From a virus (lineage: Duplodnaviria > Caudoviricetes), in the IMG/VR virus record IMGVR_UViG_3300020471_000006, positions 1 to 64,000 of that record: DNA of 64,000 nt; one strand, given 5' to 3'. Made by a program: the position numbers and the translations under genes. Below are positions 10,121-19,995 of the stretch, one piece after another; positions within the stretch are counted from its first letter, which is position 1, and each line of letters opens with the position of its first letter. The notes beneath the pieces are model-generated. The model saw nothing but the letters and a program-made list of their open reading frames with translations, was not told where the DNA came from and did no database searches.

Positions 10121-10368
10121 CAGGCGTTAAATGTCTTGCTTGCGGTAAAGAACTGTTTGCCAATAAAGTACAGTTTGTATGCTGTGGATGTGCTAATATG
10201 ACATCCCTTCATGGAGATACTGTGTCTGCAAACAACATGTCTCAAGTAGAATTGTTACGAAATAATAAGAATGTTAAGAAAACATCACTTTTCTCCAGTG
10301 ATGAGTTAAAATACCAAGAGGCTCGCCGTAATCGGAAAGTCCGTAAAATGACCTTTGAGGAGAGATGA
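10117..10368 (+). CDS. Zn-ribbon-like hypothetical protein
   Basis: CLAC...CCGCAN. Confidence 0.7.
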   Translation: MTGVKCLACGKELFANKVQFVCCGCANMTSLHGDTVSANNMSQVELLRNNKNVKKTSLFSSDELKYQEARRNRKVRKMTFEER

Positions 10369-10583
10369 TTAACCTAGAAGAAAAATTTGGATCTTACATC
10401 AATAGTAGTAAGGGGTTTCGTATTGATGGAGTTAACGAACCAGTAACAGGATATGGTTACCATTGTGATGGTTCGGACATTATAGGGTACTGGGTTAACA
10501 CAAGAAACTATAAACTGTACTATAATATGAACGAACAGTTCTTAAAAATGGAACCTTTGAATGAACACAGCAACATAAAATGA
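10365..10583 (+). CDS. hypothetical protein
   Basis: 72 aa, overlapping neighbours at both ends. Confidence 0.7.
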   Translation: MINLEEKFGSYINSSKGFRIDGVNEPVTGYGYHCDGSDIIGYWVNTRNYKLYYNMNEQFLKMEPLNEHSNIK

Positions 10584-11239
10584 AAATATTTTTAGACACC
10601 GCAGAGGTGGGTCAAATCGTTGATGGGTATAAGACTGGTCTGGTTGATGGTGTTACCACTAACCCAACTCTTATACTGAGATCAGGTAGGCAGCAGAGTG
10701 ATGTGATAGAAGAGATCTATCAAGCATGTCCTAACCTTGAGTCTATATCTGCTGAAGTAGTAGCAGATACTGCTGATGAGATGATTGAACAAGCACAACC
10801 ATACATTGCTCTTAGTGACAACGTTACTATTAAAGTTCCTTGCACAGAAGAAGGACTCTTAGCATGTAAAGAGTTAAGTAATGATGGTGTACTTACTAAC
10901 GTTACTCTAGTGTTCTCAGTATCACAGGCAATTCTTGCTGCAAAAGCAGGTGCTACTTATGTTTCACCATTCGTAGGACGTGTGGATGATAACTCATTTG
11001 GTGGTCTTTGTTTGGTAAAAGACATCGCTAATACATATAAGAGGCATGATGTTGAAACACAAATCCTTGCTGCTTCCATTAGGAACGTCAGGGATGTAGG
11101 CAGGGCTTTTGAATACGGTGCAAACGTATGTACCTTACCTGTTAAAGTTTTCAAAGGAATGTATAAGCATATTCTAACCGACAAGGGATTAGAATTATTT
11201 GATAATGATTATCAACAAGCATTAAAAGAATCCACATGA
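10580..11239 (+). CDS. talC: transaldolase (TalC/fsa type)
   Basis: IFLDTA, GVTTNPTLI, TIKVP, NVTLVFS, YVSPFVGR, LAASIR. Confidence 0.97.
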   Translation: MKIFLDTAEVGQIVDGYKTGLVDGVTTNPTLILRSGRQQSDVIEEIYQACPNLESISAEVVADTADEMIEQAQPYIALSDNVTIKVPCTEEGLLACKELSNDGVLTNVTLVFSVSQAILAAKAGATYVSPFVGRVDDNSFGGLCLVKDIANTYKRHDVETQILAASIRNVRDVGRAFEYGANVCTLPVKVFKGMYKHILTDKGLELFDNDYQQALKEST

Positions 11240-11484
11240 AAAATTTCACCGTATATTCTAAGGACGGATGTCCTTACTGCCAAAAGATTATAGAGGTATT
11301 AGGACTATCAGAATTAAATTACGTTGAGTATAAGTTGGATATAGATTTTACAAGGGAAGCATTTTATGGCCAGTTTGGTGATAATGCTACCTTCCCTCAA
11401 GTTGTAATGGATCAAACGAATCTTGGTGGATGCCAAGAGTCTATAAGGTACATGCAGCAAGAGAATATATGTTGTGTGGTATAA
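11236..11484 (+). CDS. nrdC: glutaredoxin
   Basis: CPYC, TFPQV, LGG. Confidence 0.9.
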   Translation: MKNFTVYSKDGCPYCQKIIEVLGLSELNYVEYKLDIDFTREAFYGQFGDNATFPQVVMDQTNLGGCQESIRYMQQENICCVV

Positions 11485-11488
11485 AGCA

Positions 11489-11647
11489 ATGATAGAATTA
11501 GATGAATCTGAATTTCAGAAAGATGTTGACAAATGGCAACAAAAAGCTGAAGATGGTGAAGTAGTATTGATAAAAAAACCAAATGGTGCTACAATACTCA
11601 TGGTCCCACAAGATCCAGCAGATCTGACTGGTCTGTGTGACATTTAA
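11489..11647 (+). CDS. 52 aa protein resembling Phd/YefM antitoxin N-terminal fold
   Basis: Manual translation MIELDESEFQKDVDKWQQKAEDGEVVLIKKPNGATILMVP... Confidence 0.6.
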   Translation: MIELDESEFQKDVDKWQQKAEDGEVVLIKKPNGATILMVPQDPADLTGLCDI

Positions 11648-11665
11648 ACCTACAGGAGATACACT

Positions 11666-12067
11666 ATGTCCAACGTTAGAACACATTTGATAAAGGCAAA
11701 GGAAGAGATTAGATTAGGTTTGATTGGTGCGTTAGAAGAAGAGTATGCTGAGCTAATTCCACAATTAGCAGCAATGTATACAGATCTAACTGAAAAGTTG
11801 AAGGTGGTACGTGCAGAGTTTGGTGATCAAGATGATACAATAGAGTTTGGTGGTCATCTATATGATGTGCCTACTCAGTACAATTTTAATCTTGAAAGTA
11901 ATGTTGACCTGAATACAGGTCTATTCAAAGATGATATCATAAATGATAACACAGTTACATTTAATGATGATACAGTTACATTCATTGATCCATCTTTAGA
12001 TGGTGTTGATATTAAAATTGATACATCAAATCATCCAGACAATGTAGTTACGGTTGGTAAAGACTAG
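11666..12067 (+). CDS. acidic hypothetical protein
   Basis: 133 aa, AGGAG RBS. Confidence 0.7.
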   Translation: MSNVRTHLIKAKEEIRLGLIGALEEEYAELIPQLAAMYTDLTEKLKVVRAEFGDQDDTIEFGGHLYDVPTQYNFNLESNVDLNTGLFKDDIINDNTVTFNDDTVTFIDPSLDGVDIKIDTSNHPDNVVTVGKD

Positions 12068-12073
12068 ATAAAC

Positions 12074-12098
12074 AAGACCCCTTCGGGGGTCTTTTTTT
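12074..12098 (+). terminator. intrinsic terminator
   Basis: AAGACCCC-TTCG-GGGGTCTT plus T run. Confidence 0.9.
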
Positions 12099-12147
12099 AT
12101 TGCCTAAATACTTTTAGCTTAGAAAAAGTGTCTTCAGGACTAGAAGT

Positions 12148-14178
12148 ATGTCAAAACTCTTAGCGAATCAGATCGCAAATTACAATGATAACGGACCTGT
12201 AGAAGCGAAAGAAGGACTGAACCTTCCTACAGGAAAACCACTACAACTAAATGGTATTGTTGGTACATCAGGCCAATACTTGACTACTGATGGTACGTCA
12301 TTGCAATGGACAACACTACCTACTATTCCTCCTGCACAGATACAGGCTGACTGGAATGAATCAACACCTAGTGAGACAGATTATATAAAAAATAAACCTG
12401 CGTTAGCCAGTGTTGCTACCAGTGGTAACTATTCAGATTTAATTAATAAACCTACCATTCCACCTGCACAGATTCAATCTGACTGGAACGTAGGTACACC
12501 AAGTGATGTCGCATTTATTAAAAACAAACCAGCGTTTTCACCTGTTGCTACAAGTGGTGCTTACACAGATTTAACTGGAAGACCTAGTATACCTGCTAAC
12601 CTTGGTGATCTTGGAGTAGGGTCTAATGATATTAACTTTGCTCAATATAAAATACTTTATTCTAATGTATGGAGTACATTAACTGACCTACAGACAGTTA
12701 GTACCAGTACATATCATGGTATGTTTGCTCATGTTCACGCTACTGGTAGTGGATACTTTGCACATGCTGGAGCATGGGTTGAACTATTAGATGTAAACAA
12801 ATCTATTGGTAAACTTGCTGATGTATACACCACTGGTGTTACTGATGGTCAGGTATTGAAGTGGGATGCTGCAAATAATAGATGGTCTCCTGCTGATGAT
12901 GATAACTCTGGTGGAGGAGGTGGAGGTGGATCCAGTACATTTGCAGGTTTAACTGATACACCTGCTAACTTTACTGGTGCTGCTAATAAAAATGTAGTAG
13001 TCAATACTGCTGGTAATGCTCTTGAGTTTGTTGACTCAGGTACTAGTAGTAATGAAATTATCCCAGTAGCATTCGCACATGTTACTGCTGATACTGCTGG
13101 TACTGGTACTGGCGTATCATGGGGTGCTTATAATAGTTCTAACAATAGAATAGAATTTACATTTGACACTGCTCAACCAGATGCAAACTATTTTGTTCTT
13201 TGGTCAAGAGAACAGTATGCACAACATGAGATAACAGTAACTAATAAAACAACCACAGGATTTAGAACAACATGGACTAATAATGATGGATCTGATTTAC
13301 CACCTAGTATTTTTAATGGTGGTCTTGTAGTTTATGCTTCAACACCTACAAGAAGTGTTGGTGCTGGATGGAATGAAGCACTACCTATTGCAACAGCAAA
13401 TGTTCTTGGTGGTATTAAGGTTGGATCGGGTCTATCAATAAATGGTAGTGGTGTTCTTTCTACATCTGGTGGTGGAGGTGGAGGTGCTACAGCATTAGAT
13501 GGACTAACTGATGTTACTATCTCTAATGTACAAGTAAACCAAGTATTAAAATACGATGGATCTGAGTGGACTAACCAAGCAGATGCTACTGGTGGTGGCG
13601 GTGCTGGTGTTACCGATGGAGACAAAGGTGACATAGTTGTATCATCCAGTGGACAAACTTGGTTGATAGATACTGGTGTTGTTGATACAGATGAACTGGC
13701 AGACACAGCAGTCACTGCTGGATCATATACAGCAGCAGATATTACAGTAGATGCTAAAGGAAGAGTTACTGCTGCCACTTCAAATACATTATCAGGACTA
13801 GCATCTAGAGGTACAGACAGTGCATCGACAGGAGCTATTGCGGATCTAGCTGCACAAAATGTATCATGGACGTGTGCAAAAACATATTCATTACTAAAAG
13901 TACAAGTATCTCATCCATGTTGGGTAACACTTTACATTGATACTTTAACTAGAACTAATGATGCTAATAGAAACATACATACCGACCCTCTACCAGGATC
14001 AGGTGTGGTTGCTGAGGTTGTTTCAACAGAGTCTACTACAATTAATATTACTCCAGCAGTTACAGGTTGGAATAATGATAGTACACCAGGAGCAACTGTG
14101 TATGGAAAGGTAGTTAATATGTCTGGTCAAACAAATGATATAACAGTAACTTTAACTTACGTAAAATTAGAGGCATAA
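12148..14178 (+). CDS. tail-fibre-like virion protein
   Basis: Fibre motifs DWN..YIKNKP, GQVLKWD, LGGIKVG, LDGLTDV, ITVDAKGRVTAA; CTAAATA upstream. Confidence 0.8.
   Translation: MSKLLANQIANYNDNGPVEAKEGLNLPTGKPLQLNGIVGTSGQYLTTDGTSLQWTTLPTIPPAQIQADWNESTPSETDYIKNKPALASVATSGNYSDLINKPTIPPAQIQSDWNVGTPSDVAFIKNKPAFSPVATSGAYTDLTGRPSIPANLGDLGVGSNDINFAQYKILYSNVWSTLTDLQTVSTSTYHGMFAHVHATGSGYFAHAGAWVELLDVNKSIGKLADVYTTGVTDGQVLKWDAANNRWSPADDDNSGGGGGGGSSTFAGLTDTPANFTGAANKNVVVNTAGNALEFVDSGTSSNEIIPVAFAHVTADTAGTGTGVSWGAYNSSNNRIEFTFDTAQPDANYFVLWSREQYAQHEITVTNKTTTGFRTTWTNNDGSDLPPSIFNGGLVVYASTPTRSVGAGWNEALPIATANVLGGIKVGSGLSINGSGVLSTSGGGGGGATALDGLTDVTISNVQVNQVLKYDGSEWTNQADATGGGGAGVTDGDKGDIVVSSSGQTWLIDTGVVDTDELADTAVTAGSYTAADITVDAKGRVTAATSNTLSGLASRGTDSASTGAIADLAAQNVSWTCAKTYSLLKVQVSHPCWVTLYIDTLTRTNDANRNIHTDPLPGSGVVAEVVSTESTTINITPAVTGWNNDSTPGATVYGKVVNMSGQTNDITVTLTYVKLEA
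12331..12594 (+). repeat. two tandem 44-aa repeats in the fibre protein
   Basis: PAQIQ(A/S)DWN...IKNKPA...VATSG.Y.DL...P.IP twice, 132 nt period. Confidence 0.8.
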
Positions 14179-14179
14179 C

Positions 14180-16690
14180 ATGGCTGAAAGAATTTACTAC
14201 GTTACTCTTAAAAAGAAAGAGGATCTAGAAGGATTTTATGCTGACATGAAATCTGATGGTCACAGGTTAAATTTGAAGCGTCCTATTAGTAGGGTTACTC
14301 ATTATTGGTTGACTGATGAAGCAGCAGATGAAATAAGAAAAGATAGTAGAGTCCTTGCTGTAGAGCTTAACATTGAGGATTCAAATGTAATTGCTGTGCC
14401 TCATGCACTGATGCATAATTATGAACCAGTTGGATACACTGATCTATTCCAGAAGGATGGAATTTTTAATAGTGCTAACCATAGAGACTGGGCTAAGTTA
14501 TTTTGTAGTGGAACCGTAGCACAGAGAAGAAAGAATGTATGGGGTGATGGTGGATCAGGTCCAGAAACTGTCACTGATACTGCTGAATGGTTTAATAATG
14601 GTAAGCATGTTGATGTAGTTATCTGTGATCAACCAGTGTCAATTGACATGGCAGAATGGAATAGTCCTAGTACAGGGATGAGTAGGTATGTCCAGTATCA
14701 GTGGTATCAAGAATTAAATGGGTATGTTAGTAGTATAGATGATGATGGGTATACATTACCTACAGGTCCATATCCAAACTATGTAACGAATGCAAACAAC
14801 TTAAGTTATCATGGTACTCACGTAGCAGGTACTGTTGCTGGACAGTTTTATGGATGGGCTACTGAAGCAAATATCTATAGCATGGGTCTTCTTAGTGGTG
14901 CTGGTGGTAGTACAATTCGTACTGATCCTATGTTAGCCTTTGATTATCTAAGAGCATTTCATAGGTATAAAGCAGTTAATCCTGAGACAGGATTTAGAAA
15001 TCCTACTATCACAAATCATAGTTGGGGTTACAGTATCAGACAGACTGATATTTGGGAGTATCCAATAACAGAGGCTAAAGTTCTTGGTGTTTCTTGGCTT
15101 GGTACTTGGTATACTGCATCCAATCCTAACCCAAGTGGTTGGACTTTTGCTGGATTAGAAGCAGACTTTGGGTATAATACAACTAAGAACCTTCAAATAC
15201 ATAATGCTGCTAATTATGCAGACGTTGAGGATGCTATTCAGGATGGTGTTGTAGTCATTGGTGCTGCTGGTAATTCAGATGACTATGCACCTGAGTATCC
15301 AGATCAGTATTGGAATAACTTTATTCACTTAGATTTTCCTGGAAGTAGTTACTATTGGTATGGATGGAGAGGATCAAGTCCATCTAATGTAACTGGTATT
15401 GATCAGGCTATTAATGTTGGTAACTTAAGTAACTACGCTGACTTTAGAAAGTCTGCAAGTTCAACTTATGGTCCAGGTATTGCGATCTGGGCTCCTGGTA
15501 GTGATATATTATCTTGTTTTAATAATTCTACTGGGTATCTTGATACCAAGTATGGAGGAGATAACTTCTTTAAAGCAATATCTGGTACTAGCATGGCATC
15601 ACCACAGGTCGCTGGTGTAGCAGCATGTTTAGCGACTAATAAAATGAGGTTTACCAATCGTGATTTGATTGGGTACTTGGAGTATGCATCTATCAAAGAT
15701 GAGATGTCATGGGATTTAGGTACTGCTGGCAGTAATTATTTTATTGATATTAATGGTATTAACAGCACCCAATGGGATGTTTCTGGAACAGATGCAAGTG
15801 GAGCAATCTCTGGAAATAATATTCCCATAACAATAATGGCAGGAGATGCATTGTGGTTTAGTCAACCTTACGGTGGTTCTCATTACTATCTAACATCTGC
15901 ATCTAGTTCTGGATACTTCGGACATGTATATGATAGACAAAGTGGGTATGGTCAGTGGCAATACAATCAAAACAACTATACCATAACCGTTGAGAAAGGT
16001 GATGTAGTTCGTCTCAGTTTTAATGGTTTTACTAGTAACGAACCAATTTATATTAAGACACAAAATACAACTGGTACAGGTAACCAAGTTAATAGTGGTG
16101 TAACAAATCAAGGTGCTACCTCTGGATCTATTTACTTCTATACTGATACTCAAAACACAGGAACATATTATTATTGTTCTTCTAATAATAGTGGTGCTTC
16201 TGGAACTATTAATGTAGTTAATAAAGGATCCATATATAATCATCCACTTTATATTGTTACTCAAGCTGGAAGTACAGGTGGTACTAACCTATGGACTGGT
16301 AGTGGTGTTAATAATGGTGATGTATGGTATCAAGGTGAGACACACAGTTTAATTCAGGGTGCTTACAGATTTATTTGGTTTACTACTCAGTATAATCAAG
16401 GTGGACAAACAATATACTATCAGTGTGGTAATCATGCTAATATGTACGGTGAGATAAACATTGCACAACCACCAGGAAATATTAATGCACCAGGAAACTG
16501 GGGAGATTCTACAAGACGAGGAGGAAGTCCTGATGCTATACTATCTTCTACTAATCCTAGAGATATATCAAAGATGATAGGTGCATGGAATATCTCTAAC
16601 AATGGTAGGAGGTTCTCTCATAGTACAGATCTTAATACATTACAGACGGTACAAAATTTCCCTAGAACAAATACATTATTCCATAATTGA
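14180..16690 (+). CDS. subtilase (S8) virion protein with C-terminal cupredoxin-like domains
   Basis: Triad VDVVICD / HGTHVAGT / SGTSMASPQVAG; oxyanion AAGN. Confidence 0.85.
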   Translation: MAERIYYVTLKKKEDLEGFYADMKSDGHRLNLKRPISRVTHYWLTDEAADEIRKDSRVLAVELNIEDSNVIAVPHALMHNYEPVGYTDLFQKDGIFNSANHRDWAKLFCSGTVAQRRKNVWGDGGSGPETVTDTAEWFNNGKHVDVVICDQPVSIDMAEWNSPSTGMSRYVQYQWYQELNGYVSSIDDDGYTLPTGPYPNYVTNANNLSYHGTHVAGTVAGQFYGWATEANIYSMGLLSGAGGSTIRTDPMLAFDYLRAFHRYKAVNPETGFRNPTITNHSWGYSIRQTDIWEYPITEAKVLGVSWLGTWYTASNPNPSGWTFAGLEADFGYNTTKNLQIHNAANYADVEDAIQDGVVVIGAAGNSDDYAPEYPDQYWNNFIHLDFPGSSYYWYGWRGSSPSNVTGIDQAINVGNLSNYADFRKSASSTYGPGIAIWAPGSDILSCFNNSTGYLDTKYGGDNFFKAISGTSMASPQVAGVAACLATNKMRFTNRDLIGYLEYASIKDEMSWDLGTAGSNYFIDINGINSTQWDVSGTDASGAISGNNIPITIMAGDALWFSQPYGGSHYYLTSASSSGYFGHVYDRQSGYGQWQYNQNNYTITVEKGDVVRLSFNGFTSNEPIYIKTQNTTGTGNQVNSGVTNQGATSGSIYFYTDTQNTGTYYYCSSNNSGASGTINVVNKGSIYNHPLYIVTQAGSTGGTNLWTGSGVNNGDVWYQGETHSLIQGAYRFIWFTTQYNQGGQTIYYQCGNHANMYGEINIAQPPGNINAPGNWGDSTRRGGSPDAILSSTNPRDISKMIGAWNISNNGRRFSHSTDLNTLQTVQNFPRTNTLFHN

Positions 16691-16721
16691 TGCCTATATA
16701 TAATACACTCGTTGTATTATT

Positions 16722-17207
16722 ATGGCAGTAGAAGAAGAGAAAAAGGCAACAGATGTTGTCGAAGAGATTAAGGAAGAAGAGAAAAAAGGTATCTTTGCTA
16801 GGGCAAAAGATGCTATTCTTCCTGACCCAGAGGAACAGGCAGCGATCATTAGTACAATGGTCAGAATCACAGTGCTGGCCTGGTCTGGAGGCATCTTAAC
16901 TTTAAATTATGTCGCCATACCTGGCGTTCCTCAACAGAAAATAGATCCGACATTTATAGCTTCAGTTTTTACAGGAGTTTTAGCTAGCTTTGGAATTCAG
17001 ACAGCTTCTAAGAAGGGTGACGGTACTATGAAAATGAATGGTAACGGCAATGGTGGTTCCAATGGTGGAGCTCCTCCTGTTACTGCAAAAGAAATTGAGG
17101 CGATCATTGCTAAGGCTGGACCGACTCAAACAATTAGAGTTGAACAAGCACCTCTAAAAATAATCGGTGTCTCTGATGTCACTGATGAAAAACCATATAA
17201 AATGTAG
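16722..17207 (+). CDS. two-TM membrane protein
   Basis: 161 aa, two hydrophobic segments. Confidence 0.75.
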   Translation: MAVEEEKKATDVVEEIKEEEKKGIFARAKDAILPDPEEQAAIISTMVRITVLAWSGGILTLNYVAIPGVPQQKIDPTFIASVFTGVLASFGIQTASKKGDGTMKMNGNGNGGSNGGAPPVTAKEIEAIIAKAGPTQTIRVEQAPLKIIGVSDVTDEKPYKM

Positions 17208-17216
17208 GAGAACATT

Positions 17217-17519
17217 ATGAAATTTAATTTTAACGCTATTGCTAATGCAATTAGTATTGCATCAGGAGTAACACTCGCTGGTATTATAGGTGTAGGAACA
17301 TACATCTTTGTAAATAAGGATGCCATCATTGATGACATCAAGAAAGATGCTATTGAATCTATTGGTGGGGGTGCTTTAGGTGGTCTCGCTGGTGGATCTG
17401 GTGGATTTGGTGGTGCTCTTACAGGTGATGTAGGTAAAGCTCCACAACAAGCAGCACCTTCACAACCTTCACCTTCGTCACCAAGTCTTGTACCATTTGG
17501 TCCTCCTAAACCTTTCTAA
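17217..17519 (+). CDS. hypothetical membrane-anchored Gly/Pro-rich protein
   Basis: AGGAG RBS, N-terminal TM. Confidence 0.7.
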   Translation: MKFNFNAIANAISIASGVTLAGIIGVGTYIFVNKDAIIDDIKKDAIESIGGGALGGLAGGSGGFGGALTGDVGKAPQQAAPSQPSPSSPSLVPFGPPKPF

Positions 17520-17776
17520 TGGATCTACAGAAGATAGCGACAACTGGCACGGCAGTGACCGTGCTAGGTACTGGTGCGTTTGTCGGTGGCAATCATGTCA
17601 TCGACCAGAATACTGGTGGTCCTCAAAAGAGACAAGATGCACAGATAGAACAAATTAGACAGGTGGTTGCAGAAGAGTTGTACTTACAACTCAAGGATGC
17701 ATTCCCACCTAAAACTGGTGGTGTCTCTGGTAAAGCAGATGCTCCACCCTTGAACTATAGACAACAAATAAAATGA
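17519..17776 (+). CDS. hypothetical protein
   Basis: TAATG coupling, 85 aa. Confidence 0.7.
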   Translation: MDLQKIATTGTAVTVLGTGAFVGGNHVIDQNTGGPQKRQDAQIEQIRQVVAEELYLQLKDAFPPKTGGVSGKADAPPLNYRQQIK

Positions 17777-17979
17777 TTAATTTATTAGCAGCAGCATCAT
17801 TAGATCTTAATGAAGCATGGAACCTATCATGGAGTGAAGGTATTCAGTTCATACTGGTACTTGCTTTTGTGTATTGGTTGAAGGTAAAGATAGACACACG
17901 TGCTGGTCTAGGTAAGAAAAAGTTGAGACAGTTAAAGACAGTTATTAAAGAGGCGATTATAGAAGCCAAGAATGACTGA
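17773..17979 (+). CDS. small single-TM protein
   Basis: 68 aa, TM then basic tail. Confidence 0.7.
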   Translation: MINLLAAASLDLNEAWNLSWSEGIQFILVLAFVYWLKVKIDTRAGLGKKKLRQLKTVIKEAIIEAKND

Positions 17980-18259
17980 AATTTCTAATAAAGATTCAGA
18001 GCAAGACGTAAAGATTGCTGTCATTGATAGTACTCTTGAGAATGCTACTCGTAGAATGGAATTGATTCATAAAAGAATTGATAGGACAGACGAGAGAATC
18101 ACCAAACTAAATGAAGATGTACGAGAAAGGATCAGAGCACTTGAGAAATGGGTCTGGGGTGCTGGTGCTGTACTCACTGCTTTTATTGTTATAGGTGGTG
18201 TGGTCGGTGATTTAGATATACTTCCTAATAACGATGTCGATACCGTTCATTCCAACTAA
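17972..18259 (+). CDS. coiled-coil plus C-terminal TM protein
   Basis: 95 aa. Confidence 0.7.
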   Translation: MTEISNKDSEQDVKIAVIDSTLENATRRMELIHKRIDRTDERITKLNEDVRERIRALEKWVWGAGAVLTAFIVIGGVVGDLDILPNNDVDTVHSN

Positions 18260-19145
18260 TAGTAATCAAGGTATTCCTAACATTACCGTTAACGGTACAG
18301 GGATACCATTGATTCAGGGTAGTAGTATTAATAAAATAGGTGTTAACAATGCTTGGGTTTCAGATATAAGGAATGTTAATGTAAATGAGGTACGTCCTTG
18401 GTTAGTTAATCCTCCCAATGCAGTACCGATAGATGTACCTGTAACCGTTTATGCTGGTACACCTATTGTTAATATGCCTGGTTGTGTAACAGTACACAAA
18501 GAGAATGCTAAGAGGGATCCATCCACTAATAAGAATCTAGTTAATGATGATCCTAAAGGACAGACCACCCTGTGTGACGCTGGTATGCCCTACTACCAAC
18601 CACCTGATTATGATTATAGAGAATTATTTTGGCAGACAATTAATACAGAACCAGAAAAAGGTGATGAAGGTATTGAGTCACAAGAACAAGATCCTATAGA
18701 AGCACCTGCACCACCTCCACCACCCCCTGCTGGAGGTGAGACTGCTGGAGAGGTAGAATGTCCTCCTCTTAATGCTAGACGCATTGGAGACCTGAATCAG
18801 GCAGGTACGGAGAAGATTAAAGAATATAAATTGACAGTTGATGGTAAGAGATGTGAAACCATATGGGAACCTGTTCCAACAATAGAGCAATATCTGCCAT
18901 CTGTTGCTACCATTAGTACTACTGCAACAATCGCTACTGTTGCGACTGCATCCGCCCTACTTGCCAAACCCCTAGCAGATCTGCTCCTGAAGGTGGTGAA
19001 GCCTGTTGTGAAGAAAGCGATTGCGAAAGTTCAGAAGATGCTTGGGAAGAATCCACGCCGTCCGACCCTCCAAGAGATGAGGACTGATCAGTATCGAGAG
19101 AAGAAGGGTTTACTTCCGACGAAGAAGACTGGGAAGGGTCGTTGA
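18234..19145 (+). CDS. conserved cyanophage hypothetical protein
   Basis: 303 aa; PGCV...LCD, VECP, RCE Cys motifs and C-terminal hydrophobic helix. Confidence 0.75.
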   Translation: MSIPFIPTNSNQGIPNITVNGTGIPLIQGSSINKIGVNNAWVSDIRNVNVNEVRPWLVNPPNAVPIDVPVTVYAGTPIVNMPGCVTVHKENAKRDPSTNKNLVNDDPKGQTTLCDAGMPYYQPPDYDYRELFWQTINTEPEKGDEGIESQEQDPIEAPAPPPPPPAGGETAGEVECPPLNARRIGDLNQAGTEKIKEYKLTVDGKRCETIWEPVPTIEQYLPSVATISTTATIATVATASALLAKPLADLLLKVVKPVVKKAIAKVQKMLGKNPRRPTLQEMRTDQYREKKGLLPTKKTGKGR

Positions 19146-19995
19146 ATGTAGGTTGTGGGAAGTCATGGGTGTGAGGTTTGATAGTACCACCTGGATTTGT
19201 TACCACAACGTCAGCACATACAGATGCATAAGGTGACTTAGGATGGAACATGATACCAGCCTTGAGAAGTTCACCACAATTTTTTAATCTTGCGATCTCA
19301 AAATCTAACCGTTTGTTAGCAGTGGCTTGTGTAACTGATGCTATCTGTGCTGATGCTGCTTCAGAACACTTACGTTGCATACCTCTGTTCAATGGTATGG
19401 ATAGAGTAGCAGAGAGTCCTAAGTTGAAACTTTGGTTCGCTCTCATGTCTGTACGTACAGGTTTGTACCATGATGGTGTCATAGTACCACCACTATCAAC
19501 TACATCTGGTACACCATTAGGACTATCGATGTCTTGGATGATACTTATATCTGCACCATCTTCGAACCATCTAGTACCATCTGCTTTAGTTCTATCATCA
19601 TACCATTCTTCCCAAGGATAGTTCTTGACAGTAACATAGGTAGGAACCATCTTACCTGTAGCATCAGTAACGTTGTACTGTGGTTCGTTATAGAAATCTT
19701 CCCAAGGATCCTTACGTGAGTCAGCGAACTGAATGTATGGTGTCATATTGAGAGTCGTACCCTGACATGACACCCCACCACCGTAGGTGTTAGTTACATA
19801 TGGACCTTGTAAAACCTGTATTGCCTGGTTCGTGACCGAGCCCGAACTATTAGCGATTGGATTGGCAGTAGCAGATACACCACCAACCTCTGCGTTAACT
19901 CGCACAGGAAGTATAAAACTATTAAACCCAAGAACAGTCGCAACTACTGCGTAAACACGCTTGTTGTGTCTGTGACTGACTTTACGGTGGTTAAT
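18934..19995 (-). CDS. secreted hypothetical protein, start codon uncertain
   Basis: Signal-like KRVYAVVATVLGF...VNA then EVGGVSATANP; no ATG/GTG/TTG directly upstream of the signal region (see findings). Confidence 0.6.
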   Translation of the reverse strand: MNHRKVSHRHNKRVYAVVATVLGFNSFILPVRVNAEVGGVSATANPIANSSGSVTNQAIQVLQGPYVTNTYGGGVSCQGTTLNMTPYIQFADSRKDPWEDFYNEPQYNVTDATGKMVPTYVTVKNYPWEEWYDDRTKADGTRWFEDGADISIIQDIDSPNGVPDVVDSGGTMTPSWYKPVRTDMRANQSFNLGLSATLSIPLNRGMQRKCSEAASAQIASVTQATANKRLDFEIARLKNCGELLKAGIMFHPKSPYASVCADVVVTNPGGTIKPHTHDFPQPTFNDPSQSSSSEVNPSSLDTDQSSSLGGSDGVDSSQASSELSQSLSSQQASPPSGADLLGVWQVGRMQSQQ

